Shown: positions 1 to 10,598 of the stretch, piece by piece | How positions within the stretch are numbered: position 1 is the stretch's first letter | Layout of the letters: every line of letters begins with the position of its first letter | Assembly: GCA_017416185.1 (NCBI GenBank) | Contig: JAFQDF010000033.1 | Location: forward strand, 92,634 to 156,633 | Reading direction: 5' to 3' | Source of the DNA: Clostridia bacterium | GTDB taxonomy: Bacteria; Bacillota; Clostridia; Oscillospirales; CAG-272 | DNA length: 64,000 nucleotides | Notes under the pieces: generated by a model | What the model saw: the letters and a program-made list of their open reading frames with translations, nothing else | Database searches by the model: none | What the model was told of the DNA's origin: nothing | Translations under genes and position numbers: made by a program

Positions 1-587
1 ATATTAATTCCAAAGAAGGACAGCTCGACAAGTATGATGTTAACACCTATATATATAAGACATATCTTAATAAAAGAAGATACTATATAGGAAACCATGG
101 TGATGACCGATACGACATACTGGTCACCCTCTGCACTTATAATCAGCTTCAGCTTTGCAAGATAAAAGAAGTTAATACCCGTAAGTGCACCCGAAACGAC
201 AATATAACAAAATACCTCTATAGAGCTAATAGCCTCAACTTCAACGAAGAGTGAGTATACTATGCCTAATACCGCAAGCGATACAAAATACAGAATACCT
301 ATTCTGTTATAATACGATGATGCTGCCGATAGATAGGAATTTGTTGTGCTACGATCTCCTGTAGCAACAGGCTTATATAACGACTGCAAGGTGGATGCGC
401 CAACTCCGGCCTCAAGTAACGCTATATATGTAAATATCTGTCTGACCGAGCTCTGTAGTCCATTCACCTCAGAACCGTAGCTTGTTATAAACAGTCTGGG
501 GAGCAATAGTCCTACAACAATAACAACAAGCTTGTATATTATCGCCGTACTGAAATTAATTATGCTTTTTTTGCTTTTCGATTTCAT
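1..587 (-). CDS. wzx: Polysaccharide flippase (Wzx/MOP family), 3' part runs off the window
   Basis: Not in ORF track; manual translation from ATG at 587 (ATGA overlap with upstream GT stop): MKSKSKKSIINFSTAIIYKLVVIVVGLLLPRLFITSYGSEVNGLQSSVRQIFTYIALLEAGVG, typical flippase N-terminus. Confidence 0.8.
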   Translation of the reverse strand, partial: MKSKSKKSIINFSTAIIYKLVVIVVGLLLPRLFITSYGSEVNGLQSSVRQIFTYIALLEAGVGASTLQSLYKPVATGDRSTTNSYLSAASSYYNRIGILYFVSLAVLGIVYSLFVEVEAISSIEVFCYIVVSGALTGINFFYLAKLKLIISAEGDQYVVSVITMVSYIVSSFIKICLIYIGVNIILVELSFFGIN

Positions 588-1768
588 TTTATCATCACAT
601 CAATCAATTGATTATAAGAGCGTTCGTTGTCGTAAATGTATCCCGAACAATTCTTCTTTAGTTGCTCAAGCATATTTCTGTCTTCAAAAAGACAGGATAG
701 CTTTTCGAATATACTTTCTACACTTTGTTCAGCAATAAGACCGTTATAATTATCCACTATTATCTCCTCTACAGCCGGATATCTCGTAGTAACTATAGGT
801 ACGCCAAGTATCAGCCCCTCTCCTACCACCATAGGAAACGCTTCGGTAAAAGTTGGAAATATACACATATCTGCTTGAACTAAAATATTATAGGGGTTGC
901 TCTGTTGACCGACAAAAGTGAAGTGATCGGATAAGGACAAGCTATCGATTTTCTGCTTTAACGATTCCATATCAGGTCCATCGCCGACCAAATACCAGTG
1001 AAACTGTCCCTTATAAGAATCCTTCAGCATTTTGCATATGTAAGGAATTCTTCCGGTACCCTTGATATCATTTTCAATACGAGATACCGTTACGATATTT
1101 ATAACACTTTTATCAAATTCAAAATCGCATGGAATCCGTGATTTTTGGATTATACTATCATTGTCAAAAACATTATATACCGTAATTGCATTGTTGGTCA
1201 AATCATTATGTTTATTTATAAATCCCTGCTTTACAGCATTTGAAACGTAGGCGATAGCATCAAAATCATGCATATATCTGTACCATGTAGATATATCGCC
1301 CATAAAATTTATGTCACCGTGTACAAACCCTACTTTTTTTGTCGCCTCAACACAGTTCAATACAAAATGGTAACAGGGAGCACACTGACGATATGCAATT
1401 GCCATATCATAGCCGGAAAATCTTATTTTTTTGCCAAAAAGTAATCTTATCCATTTCGATTTGGTATTTATAAGCTTTTTTATAAACCCAAGACATAAAA
1501 GCAAAAACTTTGCCAAAGGGCGGTTTTCGCTATCTATCATCTGTTTATTAAGATTCCACAACCTGTCCTTGCCTTTAAGCTGTAATATGTTGACCTGTTC
1601 TCCAAGATCCGGTTCGTTTGATGCCCGGAGACTGCTCATAACAAGAACATCAACGAAATTTCCATGCTCCGTCAGACAATTACATAGGTTTATGGCAGCG
1701 GTGGTTACACCACCCACATTCAAATCCGTAAGTACTATTAGGTATCTTTTTTTCATGCTCTTGGCCAT
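584..1768 (-). CDS. Glycosyltransferase family 4 (GT-B)
   Basis: N-terminal GGV motif, VGDGP, EAFPMVVGE (EX7E) motif. Confidence 0.85.
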   Translation of the reverse strand: MAKSMKKRYLIVLTDLNVGGVTTAAINLCNCLTEHGNFVDVLVMSSLRASNEPDLGEQVNILQLKGKDRLWNLNKQMIDSENRPLAKFLLLCLGFIKKLINTKSKWIRLLFGKKIRFSGYDMAIAYRQCAPCYHFVLNCVEATKKVGFVHGDINFMGDISTWYRYMHDFDAIAYVSNAVKQGFINKHNDLTNNAITVYNVFDNDSIIQKSRIPCDFEFDKSVINIVTVSRIENDIKGTGRIPYICKMLKDSYKGQFHWYLVGDGPDMESLKQKIDSLSLSDHFTFVGQQSNPYNILVQADMCIFPTFTEAFPMVVGEGLILGVPIVTTRYPAVEEIIVDNYNGLIAEQSVESIFEKLSCLFEDRNMLEQLKKNCSGYIYDNERSYNQLIDVMIK

Positions 1769-1774
1769 ATAGAT

Positions 1775-2743
1775 TTATTGGTGCTTATTACGCTTACGTT
1801 CCATATATCTTGAAACAATTTTAGGCGCCACCGAAACAGCTATCATAAGTAATTTCTCTTTTCGTGTCAAATAAGAATTACATATTCCGGTTTTTAAGTT
1901 TTTTCGAACATATTTTAAAGCTTTTAAATAAATTTCATCAGATTTACGGTCATATCTGAAAGGACATCTGGTAAGAAATCCTATATGTTGACGTATTTCA
2001 AATCGCTGTGCTTCTTCGAAACAATTTGGAAAGTTATCCTCAACAAAACGACGCACGATAGAAGAATTATCTACCATATCATGCACTGCCTTTCCAAAGA
2101 TATTACTAATACTTCCTTTTCTGATGAAATATTCATATCCTATAGTGTCCGTATAAACAACGTCATCAATGTTTTCGATAATGGATACCATAAATAATAA
2201 ATCTTCATTTAGTTTTCCCTCATCAAAGCGTTTGTCCGCTATAACCGCCCGCGGGTACAAACGAGTACAAACCGATCCCCCATCTTTATTCAAAAGAATG
2301 TTTTTAAGCATTTGTTCCTGTGAAACGGTTTTTTTAGAAGATACATCCTTATATATGAGGTTTCCAAGTTCATCCTTGGCAATAAGACCGGTTTTTATGA
2401 TAGTACGATAACCTTTACGCAAAGCAACCATCTCCTCATACATGGTTTCACTTATCCGATCGTCACTATCCACAAAGCCGATATATTCTCCTTTACAATG
2501 ATCCAAGCCTGCATTGCGCGCGCTACTTAACCCCCCATTGGGTTTGTGTATTACGCAAACTCGGGGATCCTTTGCCGCATACATATCACATAATTCCGGA
2601 CATCTGTCAGGTGAACCGTCATTTACCAAAATCACCTCAATATTGGTGTATGTTTGGTTCAGAATCGAATTTACACAATCTTCCAAATAGTCCTCAACTT
2701 TATATATAGGAACTATAATACTTATTAAAACATTTTCATCCAT
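1775..2743 (-). CDS. Glycosyltransferase family 2
   Basis: ISIIVPIYKVE, VNDGSPD, NGGLSSARNAG, FVDSDD. Confidence 0.9.
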   Translation of the reverse strand: MDENVLISIIVPIYKVEDYLEDCVNSILNQTYTNIEVILVNDGSPDRCPELCDMYAAKDPRVCVIHKPNGGLSSARNAGLDHCKGEYIGFVDSDDRISETMYEEMVALRKGYRTIIKTGLIAKDELGNLIYKDVSSKKTVSQEQMLKNILLNKDGGSVCTRLYPRAVIADKRFDEGKLNEDLLFMVSIIENIDDVVYTDTIGYEYFIRKGSISNIFGKAVHDMVDNSSIVRRFVEDNFPNCFEEAQRFEIRQHIGFLTRCPFRYDRKSDEIYLKALKYVRKNLKTGICNSYLTRKEKLLMIAVSVAPKIVSRYMERKRNKHQ

Positions 2744-2767
2744 AAACTCACCTGCATATTGTTGTAT

Positions 2768-2834
2768 ATATCAGTATTAGCCATATAAATGTTGCCCGTC
2801 ACACACCACGAGGCGGTTCTGATATCAGTGTGAC
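2768..2834 (-). ncRNA. HDV-like self-cleaving ribozyme candidate (copy A)
   Basis: P1 GUCACAC/GUGUGAC, P2 AUAUCAG/CUGAUAU, P3 ACC/GGU, L3 GCCUCGU, GGGCAAC after P1, short P4 CAU/AUG, J4/2 GCUAA with putative catalytic C; G instead of U at first L3 position. Confidence 0.7.
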
Positions 2835-2835
2835 C

Positions 2836-2853
2836 CCCCTGCAAAAGCAGGGG
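2836..2853 (-). other. GC-rich hairpin between surface-protein stop codon and ribozyme A
   Basis: CCCCUGC-UUUU-GCAGGGG with no downstream U-tract on the coding strand. Confidence 0.7.
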
Positions 2854-2869
2854 TTGAAAAGACAGTTAA

Positions 2870-5800
2870 TTATTTTTCGATAATCATCTTACCGTCTTCA
2901 TCAAATTCGAAATATGCCTGAGGAACAGGGGTGCCGTCTGCAAAGGTAAGACCGTTGGTCTTATTTACATACTTGCGAACATCCTTGATGATCTTTGCAT
3001 TGTCGTTTACATAGTAGAAGTTGCCCTCGTGCTCTACCAGTCCGTAATAGTTACCTACCATTACACCGTTGATGTAGTAATGATCGCCTACAAGACCGTT
3101 GAGTACGGGAGTATCAGGGGTATCGGGCTCGTCTGCCTCGATAACCATCTTACCGTCAGCATCGAAATCATAGTATGCCTGAGGAACGGGAGTGCCGTCT
3201 GCAAAGGTAAGACCGTTGGTCTTATTTACATATTTACGTATGTTCTTAATTATCTTACCGCCATCATTTACGTAGTAGAAATCGCCTTCATGCTCTACGA
3301 GGCCGTAGTATGCACCAACTCGTACACCGTCAATATAATAGTAATCACCTACGAGACCGTTTCTGGTTGCGGTAACACCGTCCTTATAGTAGTTTTCTAC
3401 TCCAAATGCATCTGTATAAAGACCTGAATAAAGAACCTTACCGGTTTCATCTACAACATAAGATACGCCGTCAATTTCATAACTGTCTACAGCCGTAGAT
3501 ATATTTCCAAGCTCGAAATAATACAGAACACCGTCAACGGTTTGAAGTGCTTTATCAACCATCTTTCCATCTGCGCCAAATGTATATGTACCAGCGGGAA
3601 GATCACAATAAACTATATCACAATTTCTTGTTGTGTTGCTAACAGCGCAACGATAGTTGCCGGATGTGAAGTAATAATAAGCACCGTCGATCTTACGCAA
3701 GCCAACAGAGGAAAGTCCATCAACAACGTAGTAAAGCTTACCGTCCACGGTAAATGGACCATCCTGAGTGTAAGTGCTGATCATAGCGCCATCGGTGCCG
3801 AAATCATACCACTCGTACTGTTCATTGTTATCATCGTCGACAAAACGGATACCCTTGTAGCAGTAACCATCAACAGGGAAACAATACTGTTTGCCGTCAA
3901 TTTCATACCAACGAGCAGCACCATATCTACCTGTATAATATGTAGGACCGTAATAGTATCTGGAGCCGGAAGAGGTATGATACCACTGACCGGAGATAAG
4001 CTTACCGGTTGCCTCGAACTCAAACGTTACGTAGCCGTTGTTATAAGTAGCAACATTAGCATAAGTGGTTGTATCAAAATAGTACCACTCATCCTCGATG
4101 AGCTGCCAACCTGAAACCAAATTGCCGGCTACAACGTAGTATGATGTGTCACCGAAGGTAACAAGACCGTTCTTGGTATATGTAGCACCGCATGCACAAG
4201 CAAGCACACCTTCAACTACTGTATAAATATGACCTGTTGCAGGAACGGTAGTACCCCAATCGATTACGGAGCCACAGCCGTTATGTGTATCGCATTCAGC
4301 ACCGAGATTTTCAACGGAACCGCATGCACAAGCTGTACAGAATACACGATTTGCATATCCGGTTTCAGTACATGTAGGAGCCTTGCTCTCTGCTTCGCCG
4401 GGAGTACAGATATGGAAGCTCCATTTGTTCTGTCTGTTAGCGTTAGTATAGTAACGGTTCATTTCTGTCTGAAGCACAGTTTCGTTTGCAGAGAAGGTTT
4501 CGGTTGTGCCATCAGTATAGGTAACGACACCTGCTTCAGCACCAACAACCAAACGGTAATCTCTGGTACCGTCAGAATACCACATGGCGTGGGGGGTAAG
4601 AATATAATATTTGTCCTGTTTAGCAGGATCGTTGGAGATATAGTCCTTACGAATACCGCTGTCATCCATCCAACCCTTTGCCATCCAGATGCGAACGGGA
4701 AGCTTAGCAAGAACAGTAGTATCAGCAATTTCTGTACCTGTGCGGGTAAATGTAATTACTGCATCGTTATGATTGTTGATATAATATTCAGCCTCAAAAC
4801 CGTATGCAACCTCCATACCTTCGAGTTCCCAATCGTTGACATAGTCAAGATTAATGGTGGTGGTTACGGAATCTACGTCTGCAAGGTTATCAGCAACCAA
4901 GTTAAGCCAGTAAATAGAGCCTGTAGGAATTAAGCCGGTTGCAGCGGGTACTTCAAGGCGAACCGCACTCTTATCTGTATTAACAACAAGCTTGCGAACG
5001 ATGTTACCAACGTTACCCTGGTTGTCGCTGATTTCCATAACGAGGGTATGAACACCGTCATTCAAATACAGGTCGGAAACTGCGATAGTTCCGTTGACAG
5101 CTGTGAAAATCGCCGCTGTGCTTTGTACGCCGTCAACATACAGTTTTACAGAATTACGATTCAAACCAGTAGCATTGGTCTTTGTTGTGTTCTCGTATGC
5201 CTGTGCCATCAAATCGATGGTATTAGTGGTAATTGTCTGACCGTCAACCTCTACGCCATTCGTATAATCATCAGCAATTGTCATACTGGTGAAGTAGGGG
5301 TTCTCGCGGTCAATAGTAGCATCAGAATAGTCAACTGTAATGTCGTCTATATAGTAAGTAACATCCTGATAATAATTGTAACTTCCTGTACCGGCTGTAT
5401 AATGGCTGTTGATCTGAATATATTCGAAAGTCGAATAGGTATCCAGTACGTCCCAGCTAAAATAGTACCATCCACCATTATCAATTCCAGTATTGGATGC
5501 CAGATAAGCTGTCAATTGGTGGTCCACGCGAGCACTGCCACCGTCAGTTGTTCTGAAACCGGCATTAACATTCATAGATGCAGTAACCAGTTCAGCAGGA
5601 ATATACATCCAGAAACCAATCTTTGTTGCGTCTGTAAGATCAAGGGATTCAGGAAGGAAGAGATCCATCTGACCGTGGCAGGATGCGGTAACGTTGGTCC
5701 AATCTATATCTACACCCATAGCATAGTTGCCATTTCTGACCATACCGCTATCACGGTCCACCAAATATACCTGTGCAGGGATATCCATACCAACGGGAGT

Positions 5801-7477
5801 ATAGTTCTTCTTTCCAAAGAATCTGTACGCAAAATGACCGTTTGCACGTGTATCGCGGATGAACCATCCGTAAGGCTCACCTTCAGCGGGAGCTACTTCG
5901 GGGTCAACGTCAACAAGGAACTCACCGTCTTCGAAGTCGTAAGCAATCTCAGATGCTTTACCGAAACGGATCTCAGCAGTAACCGCTTTATCTGTCTGTC
6001 CGCAGATAACTGCTGTAACGGTACCGCCGGTCAGACCTGTGCTTTCATCGCATGCGGTAAACATATCACCATTGATTGTACCAAGATTTTCATCAGACAG
6101 AGTATAAACTATATCTTCATCTTCATATGCAACGGTATTGAAACCATCGTTAGTTGTTACTTCTATGGGAAGAGCTATAGAATCACCATATCCGATAACA
6201 ATTGTATCTGTCTTGAAAGAAATATCGGGAAGTACTATTGTGATTGAAGCTTCTCCAACCACATTACCGTTATATACCATTTGAGCGGTAACTTTACCTT
6301 CCTTACCATTGGATGTAAATATGCCATTTTCGATAGTACCAAAGGATTCGTCAACCAGCTGCCACTCTACATCTTCGGGAATATCTGCGGTTGTACCAAC
6401 AGCATCAGTACCTACAGCATTAAATACAACGTTAGAACCGGGTGTATAGTATTCGCTATCTGTGGTTATATGAGCACGAACAAACTCACCATTTGCGGGA
6501 GCAGTAGAAATAAAAAGAATACCGGAAGTGGTAGGACGTTCCGAACCGTCGGAGGGAGAGTTGTTAACCTTAAGCTCCTCACCGGGACGCTGTGAAAGGA
6601 AGGTAGATGTTCCGCCACCGTCACAGTTAACAGCATAGGAGCAGCCCAGATCAGCCATAACCTCAGCCAGCTCCTTCAGATTCATACCTTCAGAATAGGG
6701 GGTCTGACGACCATCATTTTCCATAATTACAACAGTACCATCGTCCTTGATACCTACGACAGAACGGGGTGCGGAGCTGGTGGCATAGTCACCGGTCGCA
6801 CTAACCACACCATTCTTAAGAATATAACCGCTGGAACAAGGGATGACCTGATCTTCCCAACCGTCGAGATCAGCGGCGGATGTGATCTGAGGCATCTCAA
6901 CCTTAGGGATATCATCAGGTCTGGGATTGCCGTTTTCGTCAAAATCCTTGTTAATAACAAGAACGGACGGGAAGCCTACCTTACCATAGGTATATCCACA
7001 ATTTGCGGGGTCAAAAAGAATCTCTGCATCGAGCATAATGAAGCCGAGAGGTTCACCTACACGATCTGCAGAATAACCGGTATACCAGCTAAGTGTGGTG
7101 TTCATAGCACCTACAACGTTGCCGTAGCCGTTTGCCTCAGCATACGCTGCCTGCTCGGACATAGTTCCGGTCTTGTAGTCACCATACTTAGGCACCATGC
7201 CGTTATAGCTGTTGATAACCTTAACGTATTCGTTATTAAGGTCAGCTTCCATAACATGAATGACCTGACGGTAAGTTCCGGCATCGTTATTTAATACGAT
7301 CTCGGATTCAGAAATACCGGGAGCTATTTCCCAGTCTTTCTTGCTGATGAGTTTGTAGTATCCGTCGTCGCTGATATCAAAATCAACGGCTGCAAAGAGC
7401 TGCAGGGGCATTATGCCGACAAGCATAAGTGCCACAAGCATACAGGACACTACACGTTTGAAAGAAGTGTTTTGCAT
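2870..7477 (-). CDS. Large secreted surface protein (~1535 aa): signal peptide, phosphodiester glycosidase (NAGPA-like) domain, aromatic-rich cell-wall-binding-like repeats
   Basis: GGAGG RBS before ATG 7477 (MQNTSFKR..., hydrophobic signal peptide); APRSVVG, DGRQ, NCDGGGTS motifs; duplicated C-terminal module (GLVGDYYYI..YYGLVEHEG.FYYVND). Confidence 0.8.
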   Translation of the reverse strand: MQNTSFKRVVSCMLVALMLVGIMPLQLFAAVDFDISDDGYYKLISKKDWEIAPGISESEIVLNNDAGTYRQVIHVMEADLNNEYVKVINSYNGMVPKYGDYKTGTMSEQAAYAEANGYGNVVGAMNTTLSWYTGYSADRVGEPLGFIMLDAEILFDPANCGYTYGKVGFPSVLVINKDFDENGNPRPDDIPKVEMPQITSAADLDGWEDQVIPCSSGYILKNGVVSATGDYATSSAPRSVVGIKDDGTVVIMENDGRQTPYSEGMNLKELAEVMADLGCSYAVNCDGGGTSTFLSQRPGEELKVNNSPSDGSERPTTSGILFISTAPANGEFVRAHITTDSEYYTPGSNVVFNAVGTDAVGTTADIPEDVEWQLVDESFGTIENGIFTSNGKEGKVTAQMVYNGNVVGEASITIVLPDISFKTDTIVIGYGDSIALPIEVTTNDGFNTVAYEDEDIVYTLSDENLGTINGDMFTACDESTGLTGGTVTAVICGQTDKAVTAEIRFGKASEIAYDFEDGEFLVDVDPEVAPAEGEPYGWFIRDTRANGHFAYRFFGKKNYTPVGMDIPAQVYLVDRDSGMVRNGNYAMGVDIDWTNVTASCHGQMDLFLPESLDLTDATKIGFWMYIPAELVTASMNVNAGFRTTDGGSARVDHQLTAYLASNTGIDNGGWYYFSWDVLDTYSTFEYIQINSHYTAGTGSYNYYQDVTYYIDDITVDYSDATIDRENPYFTSMTIADDYTNGVEVDGQTITTNTIDLMAQAYENTTKTNATGLNRNSVKLYVDGVQSTAAIFTAVNGTIAVSDLYLNDGVHTLVMEISDNQGNVGNIVRKLVVNTDKSAVRLEVPAATGLIPTGSIYWLNLVADNLADVDSVTTTINLDYVNDWELEGMEVAYGFEAEYYINNHNDAVITFTRTGTEIADTTVLAKLPVRIWMAKGWMDDSGIRKDYISNDPAKQDKYYILTPHAMWYSDGTRDYRLVVGAEAGVVTYTDGTTETFSANETVLQTEMNRYYTNANRQNKWSFHICTPGEAESKAPTCTETGYANRVFCTACACGSVENLGAECDTHNGCGSVIDWGTTVPATGHIYTVVEGVLACACGATYTKNGLVTFGDTSYYVVAGNLVSGWQLIEDEWYYFDTTTYANVATYNNGYVTFEFEATGKLISGQWYHTSSGSRYYYGPTYYTGRYGAARWYEIDGKQYCFPVDGYCYKGIRFVDDDNNEQYEWYDFGTDGAMISTYTQDGPFTVDGKLYYVVDGLSSVGLRKIDGAYYYFTSGNYRCAVSNTTRNCDIVYCDLPAGTYTFGADGKMVDKALQTVDGVLYYFELGNISTAVDSYEIDGVSYVVDETGKVLYSGLYTDAFGVENYYKDGVTATRNGLVGDYYYIDGVRVGAYYGLVEHEGDFYYVNDGGKIIKNIRKYVNKTNGLTFADGTPVPQAYYDFDADGKMVIEADEPDTPDTPVLNGLVGDHYYINGVMVGNYYGLVEHEGNFYYVNDNAKIIKDVRKYVNKTNGLTFADGTPVPQAYFEFDEDGKMIIEK

Positions 7478-7505
7478 GTGGTTTTCCTCCATATAAAAAT
7501 TTTTA

Positions 7506-8354
7506 TTATATAAACCGCTTAGCGGATTTATATTCTTGTTTGATGTACTCGGTATAAGACTTTTGGGTGTCGCACACCTCATACACATGATGACTGATCT
7601 GCTTTTCCTTGGAAAGCTCAGCTCTCCAGTCACCATACTTTTGGGTTAAGTATTCATCATATTTTTGCGGTATACGAACGTTGAGTCCTTCAAACTCTGC
7701 CCAGATTCCTTCACCATATTGTTCACGTGGTGCATATTCCAGCTCGCCCTGCCAATTTCCGTGATTGCACCATATTTCGGATTTCTCCAGCTGCCATCGG
7801 GATAAATAATTTGTCAGCTTCTCTGCGGTAGCATTGGTTTTTCGATGAAATCCAAACAATCGAAAAACCGATAAAAGCGCCTTTGTTAATGCTTTTTGCT
7901 CGTTATTATTTTTACATGATGAAATCATCAACAGTTTCAACAGTTTCTTTTTCTTTTCAAAACGCTTTATCATCCCGTGTTCGGACGGATATCCGTCAAG
8001 AGGAAATATGTCAATGTATATACCATGATTAATAGGCAAATCTGCAGTAGGGGTTTCTATAAACGCTGTTCTTGAATCTCTAAGCTTAGAATATATTGTA
8101 GGAAAGGCCGGGTCTGTTTTGTAATTCTGCAAAAAATAATACTCGGGCAACATTTTCTGCGCATTTTCACAGAAGATCTCATAATCTCTACGGGGTAACG
8201 CTATATCAATATCATCATCCCACGGAACAAATCCCTTATATTTCACAGCACCTATAACAGATCCGCATACCATATAATAGACAAGTCCCAACTCATCGCA
8301 TATGCCAAGTACTTGCTTGAGCATATTCAATTCAATTTCTTGTACCTCTGTCAT
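7506..8354 (-). CDS. licD: LicD-family phosphotransferase
   Basis: GSVIGAVKYKGFVPWDDDIDI, IDIFPLD, YLTQKYGDW. Confidence 0.88.
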   Translation of the reverse strand: MTEVQEIELNMLKQVLGICDELGLVYYMVCGSVIGAVKYKGFVPWDDDIDIALPRRDYEIFCENAQKMLPEYYFLQNYKTDPAFPTIYSKLRDSRTAFIETPTADLPINHGIYIDIFPLDGYPSEHGMIKRFEKKKKLLKLLMISSCKNNNEQKALTKALLSVFRLFGFHRKTNATAEKLTNYLSRWQLEKSEIWCNHGNWQGELEYAPREQYGEGIWAEFEGLNVRIPQKYDEYLTQKYGDWRAELSKEKQISHHVYEVCDTQKSYTEYIKQEYKSAKRFI

Positions 8355-9546
8355 ATACCCTCCTATACAGGTCTATATACTCTGCATATCTGTCATCCTT
8401 GTTAAATGAACGCGCTCTTTTAAGACAGTCTTCTGAAAAACTATACTTTTCTGAACAAAAATACTCTATAGTATCAACGAGTGTGGGAATACTATCAATC
8501 ACTCTGCCGCAAGTATCGTCTATAATCTCCTTGCTACCACCAACATCATAGGTAATCACAGGAGTTCCGCAAGCGAGTGCTTCCATATTAACAGTAGGAT
8601 AATTTTCTTCTCTCGATGCATTAATCACCACATCTGCTGCAGTATATAGCTGTGCAAGTTCCTGTTGATTCTGTGTGCGATTGATAGATATAATATCCCG
8701 AGGTAGCATCTTCTCCGTCATATAATCGGTTCCGACCAACACTATCTGATATTCAGAGGAATCCAATTTTGCGGCGAGCTCCACGAATCTGTCCAGCCCT
8801 TTGCGGTAACCCCAATCGAAAGCAACCCCAAGAAGCATCTTTTTGTCTATTGGAATACTATATTTATCCTTTATACACGATTCGATAGGTCTGAATGTTT
8901 TAAGATCTATTCCATTGTTGATAATTTCAATGGGACAACCACCAAGAAATGACTTTCTTACATAAGAGGCCAACCACGCCGAAGGAGTAACTACTGTCAG
9001 ATCTACAGCGCAAAACAACGTCTTTTTCTTTTGATATAGGTATCGGCTTCTATCAAAGAAGAAGCTATGATCGCGACGTTGAGGACATCTTTCACATCCG
9101 GATTTCCATTTATCGCATTTTGCTATGGTGAAATGAGGGCAGTATGCGGTAAACGCCCAACAATCGTGAAATGTCCATACAACCTTAATTTTTTTAGTTT
9201 TGAAATACTCAAATAACATTTTCAGGTTACAGTCATGACCGTGTATATTATGTAGATGAACTATATCAGGATTAAACATCTCCAGCTCTGCAATCATCTT
9301 TTGGGTAGAAGATATAGAATTGAATCCATAATTCCCAAGCAATCGGGATTTTATTGCTTGATATCTTATATATTTTTTGTCGGCACATTTAATTGAATAT
9401 TCATAATCGCTGTTTTCCGAGCAATAGAGTATCCTATTATCTATCCCATTATCAGTTAAGCAGACACTTATTTCCTTACATATTTTCCCCGTGCTGCCTA
9501 CACCACATACGGAATTTATCTGAACTACCTTCATTCTTATCTCCAA
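8332..9546 (-). CDS. Glycosyltransferase family 4 (start possibly 9534)
   Basis: GSTGKI, HLHNIHG, WTFHDCW, ENYPTVNME. Confidence 0.85.
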   Translation of the reverse strand: MEIRMKVVQINSVCGVGSTGKICKEISVCLTDNGIDNRILYCSENSDYEYSIKCADKKYIRYQAIKSRLLGNYGFNSISSTQKMIAELEMFNPDIVHLHNIHGHDCNLKMLFEYFKTKKIKVVWTFHDCWAFTAYCPHFTIAKCDKWKSGCERCPQRRDHSFFFDRSRYLYQKKKTLFCAVDLTVVTPSAWLASYVRKSFLGGCPIEIINNGIDLKTFRPIESCIKDKYSIPIDKKMLLGVAFDWGYRKGLDRFVELAAKLDSSEYQIVLVGTDYMTEKMLPRDIISINRTQNQQELAQLYTAADVVINASREENYPTVNMEALACGTPVITYDVGGSKEIIDDTCGRVIDSIPTLVDTIEYFCSEKYSFSEDCLKRARSFNKDDRYAEYIDLYRRVYDRGTRN

Positions 9547-10598
9547 AAAAACACATACGGGTAAATATTGAGGCTTCCCCCATGAATGAGATTGTAATAA
9601 AAGTACAATACAAAAAAGGCAGATATACCTAACACCGCAGTGTCAATTATATGTTTTAAGGCCGGCTTTCTGTTTATTGCAATCTTCGGCATTAAAACAG
9701 GTATAAAAATGAGATAATAATAATTTAATCTCATTGCCAAAGGATTAACTGATGCAAAACATTGCAAGCACACGCTTAACAGAAGCAAATTTCGTAATGC
9801 TTTGGTATCTTTATCAAGTGATTCTTCAACCGGAACTATATAGCAAAAAATAACAAACACGACCAGTAACATTAGTACGGTATATGCTCCTGTCTGCTCT
9901 ATTTCTCCAACGTACATATCACTGATAAATTTAACAAGAAAAGAAAAGATCTGTTCGTTAAATATTAAAACAACGCCTATAAATGGAACAGCAAACCATA
10001 TTCTGCGTCCGGTTATGTTTACATTACACATAGGATACATCGGCAAAAGAATAAACGCCGATCTGTGAAACATAAAGGCCAAGAAAACCATCAATAAGAA
10101 CATAATCGGTCTTTTGTTCCTTGAATAATTAAAAGCCGGTATGGCAAAAGCCATTGCGATAATTTGACGCATTCCTGAAAAATACATAGAAAAGGGAGAA
10201 ACCGCCAAGAAAAGGGCAATTGTCAGGATAGGAATTTCACTTTCTTTTTTATAAAAATCCCATATAGGAAATATGGCAAAGGAAGAGACCAATAATAAGA
10301 ACCATCTGAAATTTACAGATAATCCTGATAATATCTTTTGAAGTATCAAATACCCATGTTCCCATTCTGCATCAAGTATAAATATTTTATTCCAGCTCAT
10401 ATTTCGAGCTGCATCATAATAAGCCTTGTAACCATATGTATCATTGCCGATATTCAAATCTCGACATACCAATAAAAACAGAAATATCAAATAAAATACT
10501 GTTATTACAAGGATGTTACATTTCTTTTTTTCGGTTTTATTATTAAACGCCAAACCTGTCAATAAAGGAAAACAGACCAGCATCAGATACGGAATTAT
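9537..10598 (-). CDS. wzy: EpsG-family polysaccharide polymerase (Wzy); start codon uncertain
   Basis: Multi-TM; R..IGNDT..Y, E.GY, FSGMRQ.IA, FHRSA motifs; paralog of 48978-50096. Confidence 0.8.
   Translation of the reverse strand: MIPYLMLVCFPLLTGLAFNNKTEKKKCNILVITVFYLIFLFLLVCRDLNIGNDTYGYKAYYDAARNMSWNKIFILDAEWEHGYLILQKILSGLSVNFRWFLLLVSSFAIFPIWDFYKKESEIPILTIALFLAVSPFSMYFSGMRQIIAMAFAIPAFNYSRNKRPIMFLLMVFLAFMFHRSAFILLPMYPMCNVNITGRRIWFAVPFIGVVLIFNEQIFSFLVKFISDMYVGEIEQTGAYTVLMLLVVFVIFCYIVPVEESLDKDTKALRNLLLLSVCLQCFASVNPLAMRLNYYYLIFIPVLMPKIAINRKPALKHIIDTAVLGISAFFVLYFYYNLIHGGSLNIYPYVFFWR

Noticed and set aside
2768-2853. Plain intrinsic terminator, hammerhead ribozyme or group II intron end
   Set aside because: No U-tract on the coding strand, no CUGAUGA/GAAA core, no domain V; pairings fit the HDV topology
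7478-7636. N-terminal extension of the 1588-aa ORF
   Set aside because: Overlaps licD; GGAGG RBS and signal peptide point to ATG 7477
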